From assembly GCA_959607825.1 (NCBI GenBank), contig CAUHNW010000006.1, positions 6,757 through 70,756 on the forward strand: a stretch of 64,000 nucleotides of DNA, in the 5' to 3' direction. Positions 1-8,232 of the stretch are shown one piece after another (the first letter of the stretch is position 1; each line of letters begins with the position of its first letter). A program made the translations under genes and the position numbers. The DNA comes from an uncultured Oscillospiraceae bacterium. GTDB taxonomy: Bacteria > Bacillota > Clostridia > Oscillospirales > Oscillospiraceae. A model generated the notes under the pieces. It was not told where the DNA came from and did no database searches. It saw only the letters and a list, made by a program, of their open reading frames with translations.

Positions 1-210
1 ATCAGCTTTTTTCTGTTTGTCAACCCAAAGTTGAAAAAAAGTAAAATTTCTGCGGTTTTCCCGGGGTGCAGCCCCCGGGGAAGGAAGGTTTGCCCAATCG
101 GTCAGGTATGTGTGAACTTTCATCTTTTTCCGTTGCAAATTCCCGCTTTTTCTGTTAAAATGGCATTTGTGCTATGGCCACTGGGTCATGGATTGAGAGG
201 AGGCGTGGAT

Positions 211-939
211 ATGCCGCGTTTTTTTATGAATCAGATCATGCCCGGTGACGCTTCGGCGGTGCTGACCGGGGAGCAGGCGGCCCACGCCAGAGTTTTGCGG
301 CTGAAGCCCGGGGAGGAGATCGTCCTGTGCGACGGGCAGGGGACGGACTATGCCGCCCGGGTGCAGGAGATCACGGACGGGCAGATTTTCTGCTCCATCC
401 AAAGCTCCGGCCCTTCGGCCTCTGAGCCAAGGGTACACTGTACGGTTTACATGGGCTTTGCCAAGGGCGATAAGCTGGAGCATGTGATCCAGAAGGCCAC
501 CGAGCTGGGGGCTGACCGGATCGCCGCATTCCCCAGCAGCCGCTGTGTTGCAAAATACGACCGGAAATCTCTGGAAAAGAAGCTGCCCCGGTGGCAGAAG
601 ATCGCCGCCTCTGCGGCGGAGCAGTCCGGCCGGGGGCGCATCCCGCTGGTAGAAGCCGTGGATTCCTATGCGGCAGCACTGGAAGCGGCCGTCAAGGCCG
701 ATCGTGCCCTGTTTTTCTATGAAAACGAGCAGGCCCATACCCTCACCGCCGCCCTGCAGGGGGATTTTGAAACGGTCTCCATCGTAACCGGCCCCGAAGG
801 CGGATTTTCCCCGGAAGAGGCCGGGCTGGCAGGGAAGGCGGGTCTTTCCGTCTGCACCCTTGGGCGGCGGATCCTCCGGTGCGAAACGGCGCCCCTTTGC
901 GCCCTGTCGGCGGTGATGTTTGCCGCCGGGGAGTACTAA
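211..939 (+). CDS. rsmE: 16S rRNA (uracil1498-N3)-methyltransferase, RsmE family
   Basis: Start moved to the internal ATG (MPRFFMNQ...) behind a GAGAGGAGG RBS; the 31 start in the ORF track has no RBS. C-terminal GPEGGFSPEE...LGRRILRCETA motif is typical of RsmE. Confidence 0.8.
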   Translation: MPRFFMNQIMPGDASAVLTGEQAAHARVLRLKPGEEIVLCDGQGTDYAARVQEITDGQIFCSIQSSGPSASEPRVHCTVYMGFAKGDKLEHVIQKATELGADRIAAFPSSRCVAKYDRKSLEKKLPRWQKIAASAAEQSGRGRIPLVEAVDSYAAALEAAVKADRALFFYENEQAHTLTAALQGDFETVSIVTGPEGGFSPEEAGLAGKAGLSVCTLGRRILRCETAPLCALSAVMFAAGEY

Positions 940-957
940 AGGCAAAACCGTATCATT

Positions 958-1245
958 GCGTCTGCGGGCTTTGACGGTTCTTTTCCGCCACAAATCCACT
1001 GCGAAAATTTGAAATACACAAAGTATTCCGGCATTTTCCCAGCATATTTGTGACGCAAAATTCCTCGCCAAATCTCCTTGCCGAATGATGCGGTATTGCC
1101 TCAGGGCAAAAGCACCTGCCGAATGATGCGGTAGTGCCTTAAGGCAAAAGCACTTGCCGAATGATGCGGTAGTGCCATAAGGCAAAAGCACCTGCCGAAT
1201 GATGCAGTATTGCCTTAAGGCACCCCCAAGGGGCGGTGCCCCCAT
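958..1245 (+). repeat. Copy A of a ~190-nt conserved intergenic element. Its 3' part (1079..1222) is four tandem 38-bp units, ending in the hairpin GGCACC-N10-GGTGCC (1219..1240).
   Basis: Aligns block-by-block with 43515..43708. Shared blocks include gcgtctNcgg, tttgacggNtcttttNcgcca, an identical 21-mer ttgaaatacacaaagtattcc (1009..1029 = 43567..43587) and gcggtattgcctYagg. Confidence 0.8.
1079..1222 (+). repeat. Tandem direct repeat, 38-bp unit x ~3.8. Consensus TGCCGAATGATGCGGTAGTGCCTTAAGGCAAAAGCACC; each unit carries the palindrome TGCCTTAAGGCA. No spacers.
   Basis: Units at 1079-1116, 1117-1154, 1155-1192 and 1193-1222 (truncated), with 1-3 substitutions per unit. Sits directly upstream of the activase gene at 1283. 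Confidence 0.9.
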
Positions 1246-1282
1246 TCTGTTGGAAACAATTTTTACATATAAGGTGACGTAA

Positions 1283-4219
1283 ATGAGTTTGAAAATTGGC
1301 ATTGACGTGGGTTCCACCACGGTCAAGGTAGTTGTGCTGGATGAGCAGGATAACCTGCTGTTCCGCTCCTATGAGCGGCATCTTTCCATGGTCCGGGAGA
1401 AGACCTGTGAGCTTCTGCGCCGGGCGCAGCCCATATTGGAGGGGCAGCAGGTAAAGACCGTCATCACCGGCTCTGCGGGGCTGGGCCTTGCCAAGTCCGC
1501 AAAGGTGGACTTTGTGCAGGAGGTCTTTGCCACGGCGGAGGCCGTGGAGCGGTTTATCCCCGATACCGATGCGGTCATTGAGCTGGGCGGCGAGGATGCA
1601 AAGATCATCTTCTTTCAGGGCTCTCTGGAGGAGCGCATGAACGGCTCCTGCGCAGGCGGCACCGGTGCCTTCATCGACCAGATGGCAACGCTGGTGGGTG
1701 TAACCGCCGATGAGCTGGACCAGCTGAGCCTCCACTATGAGAAGATCTATCCCATTGCCTCCCGGTGCGGCGTATTCGCAAAATCCGACATTCAGCCCAT
1801 TCTCAATCAGGGCGCCCGGAAGGAGGACGTAGCCGCCTCGATTTTTCAGGCCGTGGTGGATCAGACCGTGGCCGGACTGGCACAGGGCCGGGATATCACC
1901 GGAAAGGTGGTCTTTCTGGGCGGCCCCCTGCACTTCCTGAAGGGCCTGCGGCAGCGGTTTCAGGAGACCCTGAAGCTGGATGACGACCATGCGGTCTTCC
2001 CGGAGAACGGCGACTGCTTTGCCGCCATCGGTGCGGCACTGTGCTCCGAGGGCTATGGGGTATCCACCTATGAGGACGTCTACGACCGGCTGGTAAAGTC
2101 CGTGGAGGACCGGGGCGGCACCCAGACCATGCCCCCGCTGTTCGCCTCTCAGGCGGAATATGACCAGTTTATCGCCCGCCACAATTCCAAAAAGCCCCCG
2201 GAGGTGGATGCAGAGCACTACACCGGCAAGGCATATCTGGGCATTGACGCCGGTTCCACCACCACCAAGGTCTGTCTCATCGACCCGGATGGGGGCCTGC
2301 TCTATACCTATTACAGCTCCAACCGGGGCAATCCGGTCTCCGTGATTCTGGAGCAGCTCCACGCCATCTATGAAAAGTTCGGCAGCCGCATCACCATTGC
2401 AGGCAGTGCCGTTACCGGCTACGGCGAGGATCTCATTAAATCCGCCTTTCAGGTGGACGCCGGTCTGGTGGAGACCGTGGCCCATTTCCGTGCGGCCTCT
2501 CATTTCTCCCCCGGGGTGGATTTCATCATTGACATCGGCGGGCAGGACATGAAGTGCTTCAAAATCCGCAACAACGCCGTGGATTCCATTATGCTCAACG
2601 AGGCATGCTCCTCCGGCTGCGGCAGCTTTATCGAGACCTTTGCCAAGGCGCTGGGGTATTCCATTGCAGACTTCTCCAAGATGGGGCTGCTGGCAAAGCA
2701 TCCGGTGAATCTGGGCTCCCGGTGCACGGTGTTTATGAATTCCTCGGTGAAGCAGGCCCAGAAGGACGGGGCTACGGTGGAGGATATCTCTGCGGGCCTG
2801 TCCATCTCCATTGTCAAAAACGCCGTCTATAAGGTCATCCGTGCGGCCTCCGCCGATGATCTGGGCAAGAATATCGTGGTGCAGGGCGGCACCTTCCTCA
2901 ATGACGGCGTGCTCCGGGCCTTTGAGCTGGAGCTGGGCCGGAATGTGACCCGGCCTGTCATCGCCGGGCTTATGGGTGCCTACGGTGCGGCGCTGACCGC
3001 CCGGGATCTCGGGCTCGACAAGTCCGCCATTCTGACGGAGGAGCAGCTGAAATCCTTTGCCCACAAGTCCAATCCCACCACCTGTAAGGGCTGTACCAAC
3101 CACTGTTCCCTGACCATCAACCTCTTTGACGGAGGCCGCCGGTTTATCTCCGGCAACCGCTGCTCCAAGCCCCTGGGGGGCAAAAAAACGGAAATGCCCG
3201 ATATGTTCCACTATAAATACAACAAGCTCCGTGCCATGGAGGGCAAGGGCACCGGCACCGGCGCCCGGGGGCGCATGGGCATTCCCTTCGGCCTCAACAT
3301 GTATGAGAATCTGCCCTTCTGGTATACGCTGTTTACCAAGCTGAACTTTGAGGTGGTGCTGTCGCCGGAATCCTCCCGGGGCATCTATCTCAAGGGGCAG
3401 CACACCATTCCCTCGGATACGGTCTGCTATCCCGCCAAGCTGCTCCACGGCCATGTGGAGGCGCTGGTGGAGGCCGGGGTGGACGCCATCTGGTATCCCT
3501 GCATGTCCTATAACAACGATGAGGGCATCGGGGACAACCACTATAACTGCCCGGTGGTGGCCTACTATCCCGAGCTGCTGGCGGCCAACGTTCCGGCCCT
3601 GCAAAAGACCAAATTCCTCGACCCCTATGTGGGCCTGTGGCGGCATAAGGACTGCGCAAAGCGCCTCTCCGAGCTGCTTTTCACCGAGTTCGGCATTCCC
3701 AAAAAGGAGACCAAGGCCGCTGTGGAGGCTGCCTACGATGCCTACAACGCCTATGTGGAGGATGTCCACCAGACCGGTGAGGCTTACATCGAGCAGGCCC
3801 GGCAGGAGGGAAGGCCCATCATCGTCATGGCAGGCCGTCCCTACCACATCGACCCGGAGATCAACCACGGCATCAACGACCTGATTACCTCCTTCGGCTT
3901 TGTGCTCATCACCGAGGATACGCTGGCCTATCGGGAGGGCTATGAGACCCGCACGGTTCTGAACCAGTGGACGTTCCAGAGCCGGATGTACAATGCTGCC
4001 CGGTATGTCTGCGCCCAGAAGGATATGCAGATGGTGCAGCTGGTCTCCTTCGGCTGCGGCACCGATGCCATCACCACCGATGAGCTTCGCTCCATTCTCG
4101 AGCAGGGCGGCAAGCTCTATACCCAGCTGAAAATTGACGATATCACCAACCTCGGGGCGGTGAAAATCCGAATCCGCAGCCTCATGGCTGCCATGGATGC
4201 CAGAAAGGAGGCGGAGTAA
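1283..4219 (+). CDS. CoA-substrate-specific enzyme activase with two tandem BadF/BadG/BcrA/BcrD-type ATPase domains plus a C-terminal extension
   Basis: Two acetate/sugar-kinase-fold starts (MSLKIGIDVGSTTVKVVVLD and KAYLGIDAGSTTTKVCLID), each followed by a CxxC-containing region. RBS TAAGGTGA. 978 aa. Confidence 0.85.
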   Translation: MSLKIGIDVGSTTVKVVVLDEQDNLLFRSYERHLSMVREKTCELLRRAQPILEGQQVKTVITGSAGLGLAKSAKVDFVQEVFATAEAVERFIPDTDAVIELGGEDAKIIFFQGSLEERMNGSCAGGTGAFIDQMATLVGVTADELDQLSLHYEKIYPIASRCGVFAKSDIQPILNQGARKEDVAASIFQAVVDQTVAGLAQGRDITGKVVFLGGPLHFLKGLRQRFQETLKLDDDHAVFPENGDCFAAIGAALCSEGYGVSTYEDVYDRLVKSVEDRGGTQTMPPLFASQAEYDQFIARHNSKKPPEVDAEHYTGKAYLGIDAGSTTTKVCLIDPDGGLLYTYYSSNRGNPVSVILEQLHAIYEKFGSRITIAGSAVTGYGEDLIKSAFQVDAGLVETVAHFRAASHFSPGVDFIIDIGGQDMKCFKIRNNAVDSIMLNEACSSGCGSFIETFAKALGYSIADFSKMGLLAKHPVNLGSRCTVFMNSSVKQAQKDGATVEDISAGLSISIVKNAVYKVIRAASADDLGKNIVVQGGTFLNDGVLRAFELELGRNVTRPVIAGLMGAYGAALTARDLGLDKSAILTEEQLKSFAHKSNPTTCKGCTNHCSLTINLFDGGRRFISGNRCSKPLGGKKTEMPDMFHYKYNKLRAMEGKGTGTGARGRMGIPFGLNMYENLPFWYTLFTKLNFEVVLSPESSRGIYLKGQHTIPSDTVCYPAKLLHGHVEALVEAGVDAIWYPCMSYNNDEGIGDNHYNCPVVAYYPELLAANVPALQKTKFLDPYVGLWRHKDCAKRLSELLFTEFGIPKKETKAAVEAAYDAYNAYVEDVHQTGEAYIEQARQEGRPIIVMAGRPYHIDPEINHGINDLITSFGFVLITEDTLAYREGYETRTVLNQWTFQSRMYNAARYVCAQKDMQMVQLVSFGCGTDAITTDELRSILEQGGKLYTQLKIDDITNLGAVKIRIRSLMAAMDARKEAE

Positions 4220-4220
4220 T

Positions 4221-5516
4221 ATGGCAGAGCTTGTCTACGATAAAACCGGGCGGCTGCTTTTTACCAAGGAAATGGCAAAGGAGTATACCATTCTGGCCCC
4301 CCAGATGCTGCCGGATCACTTCGCCATGCTGGAAAGCATCCTGCAGGAGGCCGGTTACAAGGTAAAGATGCTCAACACCACCGGCCATACCATTCTGGAG
4401 GAGGGGCAGAAGTACGTCCATAACGACGCCTGCTTCCCGGCCATTCTGGTCATCGGCCAGCTCATCGATGCCATCCATCGTGGCGGCTATGATCCCCATA
4501 AGGTGGCCCTGTTCATCACCCAGACCGGCGGCGGCTGCCGTGCCTCCAACTATCTCTACCTGCTCCGGAAGGCACTGGCCCGGGCGGGCCTTGACTATGT
4601 GCCCGTGGTGTCCCTGAACCTCTCCGGCATGGAGAAAAACCCGGGCTTCAAGCTGACCCTTCCCATTCTCCGGAAGGCGGTCTTTGCGGTCATCTACGGC
4701 GACCTGATGATGAATGTGGGCTGGCAGGTGCGCCCCTATGAGGTCACCAGAGGCGACACCGACCGCTGCCTGCAACAATGCCGGGCATACCTGCTGGGCG
4801 AAATGCGGCAGGGCAAGGGCATGACCTACAAGAGCATGGTGAAGCACTTCGACTATATCATCGACCAGTTCAAGGCCGTGCCCGTGCAGGGAGCGCAGAA
4901 GGTCCGTGTGGGTGTCGTAGGCGAGATCTATGTAAAATACGCCCCCTTGGGCAACAACGACCTTGCCAATTTCCTCTTGTCCGAGGGCGTGGAGCCGGTG
5001 ATCCCGGGCCTTATGGACTTTATCATCTTCAAGGTCTACAACCGGGACGTGGATGTGGATCTCTACGGCGGCCACATCGCCAAGAAGAAGCTCTGCCGGT
5101 TCCTTGAAAAATACCTGATGAAGTATCAGCATGCACTGATCGACGCCCTGAAGCGCTCTGACCGGTTCCGTGCCCCGGGAGATTTCAACGACCTCCACAG
5201 CATGATCCACGGCTATCTGGGAGACGGCAATAAGATGGGCGAGGGGTGGCTGCTGACGGCGGAGATGCTGGAGCTGATCCATTCCGGGGTGCCCAATATC
5301 GTCTGCACCCAGCCCTTCGGCTGCCTGCCCAACCACATTGTGGGCAAGGGCATGATCCGCCGGATCAAGGAGGACTATCCGGATTCCAACATCGTGGCCA
5401 TCGACTATGACCCCGGCGCCACCCGGATCAATCAGGAAAACCGCATCAAGCTCATGCTGGCCAATGCCCAGAAGAAACGGATGATGGAGGAAAAGAAGAA
5501 CGCCGCCCATTCCTAA
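4221..5516 (+). CDS. 2-hydroxyacyl-CoA dehydratase-like (HgdB/DUF2229-type) partner of the activase
   Basis: Start at MAELVYDK behind an AAAGGAGG RBS, 2 nt after the activase stop. Cys-containing motifs such as TQTGGGCRASNY; the pairing with an activase is conserved. Confidence 0.7.
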   Translation: MAELVYDKTGRLLFTKEMAKEYTILAPQMLPDHFAMLESILQEAGYKVKMLNTTGHTILEEGQKYVHNDACFPAILVIGQLIDAIHRGGYDPHKVALFITQTGGGCRASNYLYLLRKALARAGLDYVPVVSLNLSGMEKNPGFKLTLPILRKAVFAVIYGDLMMNVGWQVRPYEVTRGDTDRCLQQCRAYLLGEMRQGKGMTYKSMVKHFDYIIDQFKAVPVQGAQKVRVGVVGEIYVKYAPLGNNDLANFLLSEGVEPVIPGLMDFIIFKVYNRDVDVDLYGGHIAKKKLCRFLEKYLMKYQHALIDALKRSDRFRAPGDFNDLHSMIHGYLGDGNKMGEGWLLTAEMLELIHSGVPNIVCTQPFGCLPNHIVGKGMIRRIKEDYPDSNIVAIDYDPGATRINQENRIKLMLANAQKKRMMEEKKNAAHS

Positions 5517-5532
5517 TGCGATGTCAATATAG

Positions 5533-5569
5533 AACAATCCCCGGCAGCCCAAAGCTGCCGGGGATTGTT
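5533..5569. terminator. Bidirectional rho-independent terminator between convergent genes
   Basis: Hairpin aacaatccccggcagc-ccaaa-gctgccggggattgtt. Confidence 0.7.
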
Positions 5570-5584
5570 GCGCAAGTGTTCTGT

Positions 5585-7198
5585 TTAAGCGGCCTGCTGG
5601 CTGGGGCTGGGCGATGCCTCTGCCGCCGGGGATTCCATGGGGCTGATCTCCGCCGCCGGGGTCTCAGGCACGCCTGCGGCAGCGCCGGTCTTCGGGGAAG
5701 GGGAGGGACTGGCCTCCGGGGTAGCCGCAGGGGTGTTTTCTGCCGGAGTACCGGCCGCCAGCGGCCGCTTGGGGTCGTCGGAACCCGTGGAGGCATCCGC
5801 AAAAATCTCATCCCACACCGCCTGAATATCCGCCTTGGAGCAGTTTTCCCGGATGTGGGTGGCGGCCAGTTCATCGGTGTACTCGTCCATATGGAGCACG
5901 TGGAACTGGTAGCCAAGGCCGTGGGTGCCCCCGGACTGGATCAGGTTCACCATGGGGCTGATGTTGTACTTTGACACATAGGTGCCGGTTTCATCCTTGG
6001 TGATGGTGACCTTGGCCATGCCCCCCAGCATGTTCATGGTCTCCCGCTGGCTGGAAACAAAATTGCCCAGCGAGTAGAAAATGGGCATTTTGTTGCCGTC
6101 CTTGCCGGTGATCACATCCACCGGCTCCACCACATGGGGATGGGTGCCGATGACCAGACCCACGCCGTGATCCGCAAACAGCTGGGCCCACGTCTTCTGA
6201 TCCTCATCGGGCTTAAAGCTGTCCTCGGTGCCGTCGTGCATGAAGACCACGGTGATGTCCGCCATGGTCTTTGCCTGCTCCAGCTGGCTCTCGACCCGTG
6301 CCTTGTGGCTTTCGTCCATCAAATCAATTTCATAGTCGTTCTCCGGGGTCATGCCGTTGAGGCCGTAGGTGTAGTCCAGCAGGGCAATTTTGATGCCGTT
6401 CTTCTCCACCACACGAATGGTGTCCGCATCCTCCTTGGAGCCGTGGAGCCCCAGAACCGTCACCTCCGGGTGCCCAGCCCATGCGGCAAGGGTATCGGAA
6501 ATGCCCGTTTCGCCCATGTCGCAGGTATGGTTGGATGCCTGACAGATGACATTGAAGCCCACCTTGCTGAGGGAATCCGCCATTTCCGCCGGGGTGCCGA
6601 ACATGGGATAGTTGCTGTAGTTGGCGGGATCGGACACCAGAATGGTCTCCTGCTGGATGCAGGCCAGATCCGCCTCCTTGATATCGTCGGCAATGTATTT
6701 ATAGATGTCCGTAAAGTCGTATGTACCGTCATCCTGCTCCGCAAACTCATAGACAGTGCTGTGGATCAGGTTGTCGCCTACTGCCATGAGATTGACCGTA
6801 TGTACCTCCGGGGTGGGACTGGGGGTCGGCTCCGCTTCCAGCAGGGAGTCCTCCTGCTGGGATTCCGGCGCTGCGGACACCGCCGGAGCCTCGGGTGCTT
6901 TGTTCAGTGCCCCACGGAAGGGCAGGGTAATCAGGCAGATCAGTGCAATGACGATCAGTGAGGCCACCACGCCAAGGCCTGCAAACAGTCCCGCCTGCAT
7001 CCCGTGGAACCGCCACCAGCGCTGCTCCCTGGTGAGCCTTTTCTTTGGTCTGGGGGGCTTGGGGGGCCTGCCGGTACCGGCTGCCCCGGGCACTGCCTCG
7101 GGCGCCGGTGGTACAGCGGCTGCAACATTGTCCGTCTGAGGTGGAACCGGAGCGCCGGAACGCTGCTCCGGGGTCATTTCTGTATCATTCATGTTCAT
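5585..7198 (-). CDS. CapA-family (poly-gamma-glutamate synthesis / metallophosphatase-like) membrane-anchored protein
   Basis: Start at MNMNDTEM behind a GGAGG RBS. Pro-rich cytoplasmic N-terminus, one TM segment, CapA core (AVGDNLIHS...YSLGNFVSSQ), and an S/P/A-rich low-complexity C-terminal tail. Confidence 0.8.
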   Translation of the reverse strand: MNMNDTEMTPEQRSGAPVPPQTDNVAAAVPPAPEAVPGAAGTGRPPKPPRPKKRLTREQRWWRFHGMQAGLFAGLGVVASLIVIALICLITLPFRGALNKAPEAPAVSAAPESQQEDSLLEAEPTPSPTPEVHTVNLMAVGDNLIHSTVYEFAEQDDGTYDFTDIYKYIADDIKEADLACIQQETILVSDPANYSNYPMFGTPAEMADSLSKVGFNVICQASNHTCDMGETGISDTLAAWAGHPEVTVLGLHGSKEDADTIRVVEKNGIKIALLDYTYGLNGMTPENDYEIDLMDESHKARVESQLEQAKTMADITVVFMHDGTEDSFKPDEDQKTWAQLFADHGVGLVIGTHPHVVEPVDVITGKDGNKMPIFYSLGNFVSSQRETMNMLGGMAKVTITKDETGTYVSKYNISPMVNLIQSGGTHGLGYQFHVLHMDEYTDELAATHIRENCSKADIQAVWDEIFADASTGSDDPKRPLAAGTPAENTPAATPEASPSPSPKTGAAAGVPETPAAEISPMESPAAEASPSPSQQAA

Positions 7199-7325
7199 AA
7201 AACCTCCATTTTTCCATGAACCACTATACACCAAAACAGAGGAAGAAACAAGCAGAATAATAGAAAATCTTGCCGAAATAGCGGCCCGCCAACCTGCAAG
7301 TGCAGATCAGTGGGCCGCCGTGTCC

Positions 7326-7553
7326 TCATCCGGCCTGCTGATGGGTCTCGCCTGCGTCCAGCGGATGATCCTTAAAGAGCAGGCTGATGCACCAGATTCC
7401 GGCCAGACCGATGACGGTATAGATGATCCGGCTGAGCAGTGCCCCCTGACCGCCGAAGATCCATGCCACCAGATCAAACTGGAAGATTCCCACCAGCGCC
7501 CAGTTCAGGGCCCCTACGATGGTGAGTACCAATGCAGTGGTGTCCATTGTCAT
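7326..7553 (-). CDS. DUF378 small membrane protein
   Basis: Internal start MTMDTTALVLTIVGALNWALVGIFQFDLVAWIFGG behind an AGGAGG RBS. Matches the DUF378 signature (GALNWxLxG...FDLVAxIFGG). Confidence 0.6.
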   Translation of the reverse strand: MTMDTTALVLTIVGALNWALVGIFQFDLVAWIFGGQGALLSRIIYTVIGLAGIWCISLLFKDHPLDAGETHQQAG

Positions 7554-7562
7554 TCCTCCTAG

Positions 7563-7596
7563 CAAAAATGGTTCCGCCCATAGCATGGACGGAACC
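7563..7596 (-). terminator. Terminator of the V-type ATPase operon
   Basis: Hairpin ggttccg-N13-cggaacc, followed on the minus strand by a U-run. Confidence 0.65.
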
Positions 7597-7614
7597 GGAG
7601 AAAAATATGCAGTT

Positions 7615-8220
7615 TCAGGCATTTTTCTGCTTTTTGATGACCTTCAGCCGGGCGAATTCCTCCCGTTCCTTCTCCTCCAGAGCCTCGGTGATGAGCCGGA
7701 TGGTCTCATTGTAGCCGGGGATCACGATATTTTTCAGGGCATTGGCCCGCTTCTGGGTCTTGCCGATGGTAAAGGCCAGCCGATAGATGGTATTTTCCAG
7801 CTCCGAAAGCTCCCGCACCAGCTCCTTGACCCGGCCAAACTTAATCAGGGCATCGTCAAAGGCGGAGTTGGTGATGGAAAGGCCATAGGGCAGGGGCTGC
7901 TGGGCAGGCTTTGCCGACACCGTTGGGATCTCCACGCCCATAACCGAGCGGTAGCGGATTTCAACGGAATCGTCTACGGGAACCTGCTCTGCAAGATGGA
8001 TGGTCTTTCCCATGGTGATGTTCGCCAGCATCAGGGCGTCATAGGCTTCGGAAAAGGTAGAGTCGATCCGGGACTGGATTTCCTCGGCCCGGGAGATCAG
8101 GCTCATCATTTCCCGGGTGAGGATGTTCCGCTTCCGGTCCATAAGCTCAAAGCCCGTCCCGGCCAGCTCAAGGGAATGCTTTGCGGCAATGAGATTGCCT
8201 TTTGTGGGCAGTACAGCCAT
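7615..8220 (-). CDS. ntpD: V-type ATP synthase subunit D
   Basis: MAVLPTKGNLIAAKHSLELAGTGFELMDRKRNIL, the conserved subunit-D N-terminus. 201 aa. Confidence 0.95.
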   Translation of the reverse strand: MAVLPTKGNLIAAKHSLELAGTGFELMDRKRNILTREMMSLISRAEEIQSRIDSTFSEAYDALMLANITMGKTIHLAEQVPVDDSVEIRYRSVMGVEIPTVSAKPAQQPLPYGLSITNSAFDDALIKFGRVKELVRELSELENTIYRLAFTIGKTQKRANALKNIVIPGYNETIRLITEALEEKEREEFARLKVIKKQKNA

Positions 8221-8232
8221 GGCAGCGCCCCC

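Noticed and set aside
31-210. Upstream extension of rsmE to the ATG at 31
   Set aside because: The N-terminal 60 residues have no homology to RsmE and no RBS. The internal ATG at 211 has a GGAGG RBS and matches the family N-terminus.
1079-1222. Possibility that the 38-bp repeats are a CRISPR array
   Set aside because: Units are contiguous with no spacers, only about 4 copies are present, and there are no cas genes. It is a tandem direct repeat, not a CRISPR array.
1139-3868. 909-aa ORF antisense to the activase gene. Other very long antisense ORFs include 4182-5552, 9145-11388, 13024-14325, 16824-18122, 18104-19306, 22949-24613, 33220-34821, 36227-38890, 39296-40546, 42233-43579, 49056-50204, 52412-53986, 55313-56614, 57617-58786 and 60742-61635.
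   Set aside because: All lie opposite genes with clear family signatures. Their translations are R/H/G/Q/L-rich with no motifs. Long stop-free antisense frames are expected at ~60% GC.
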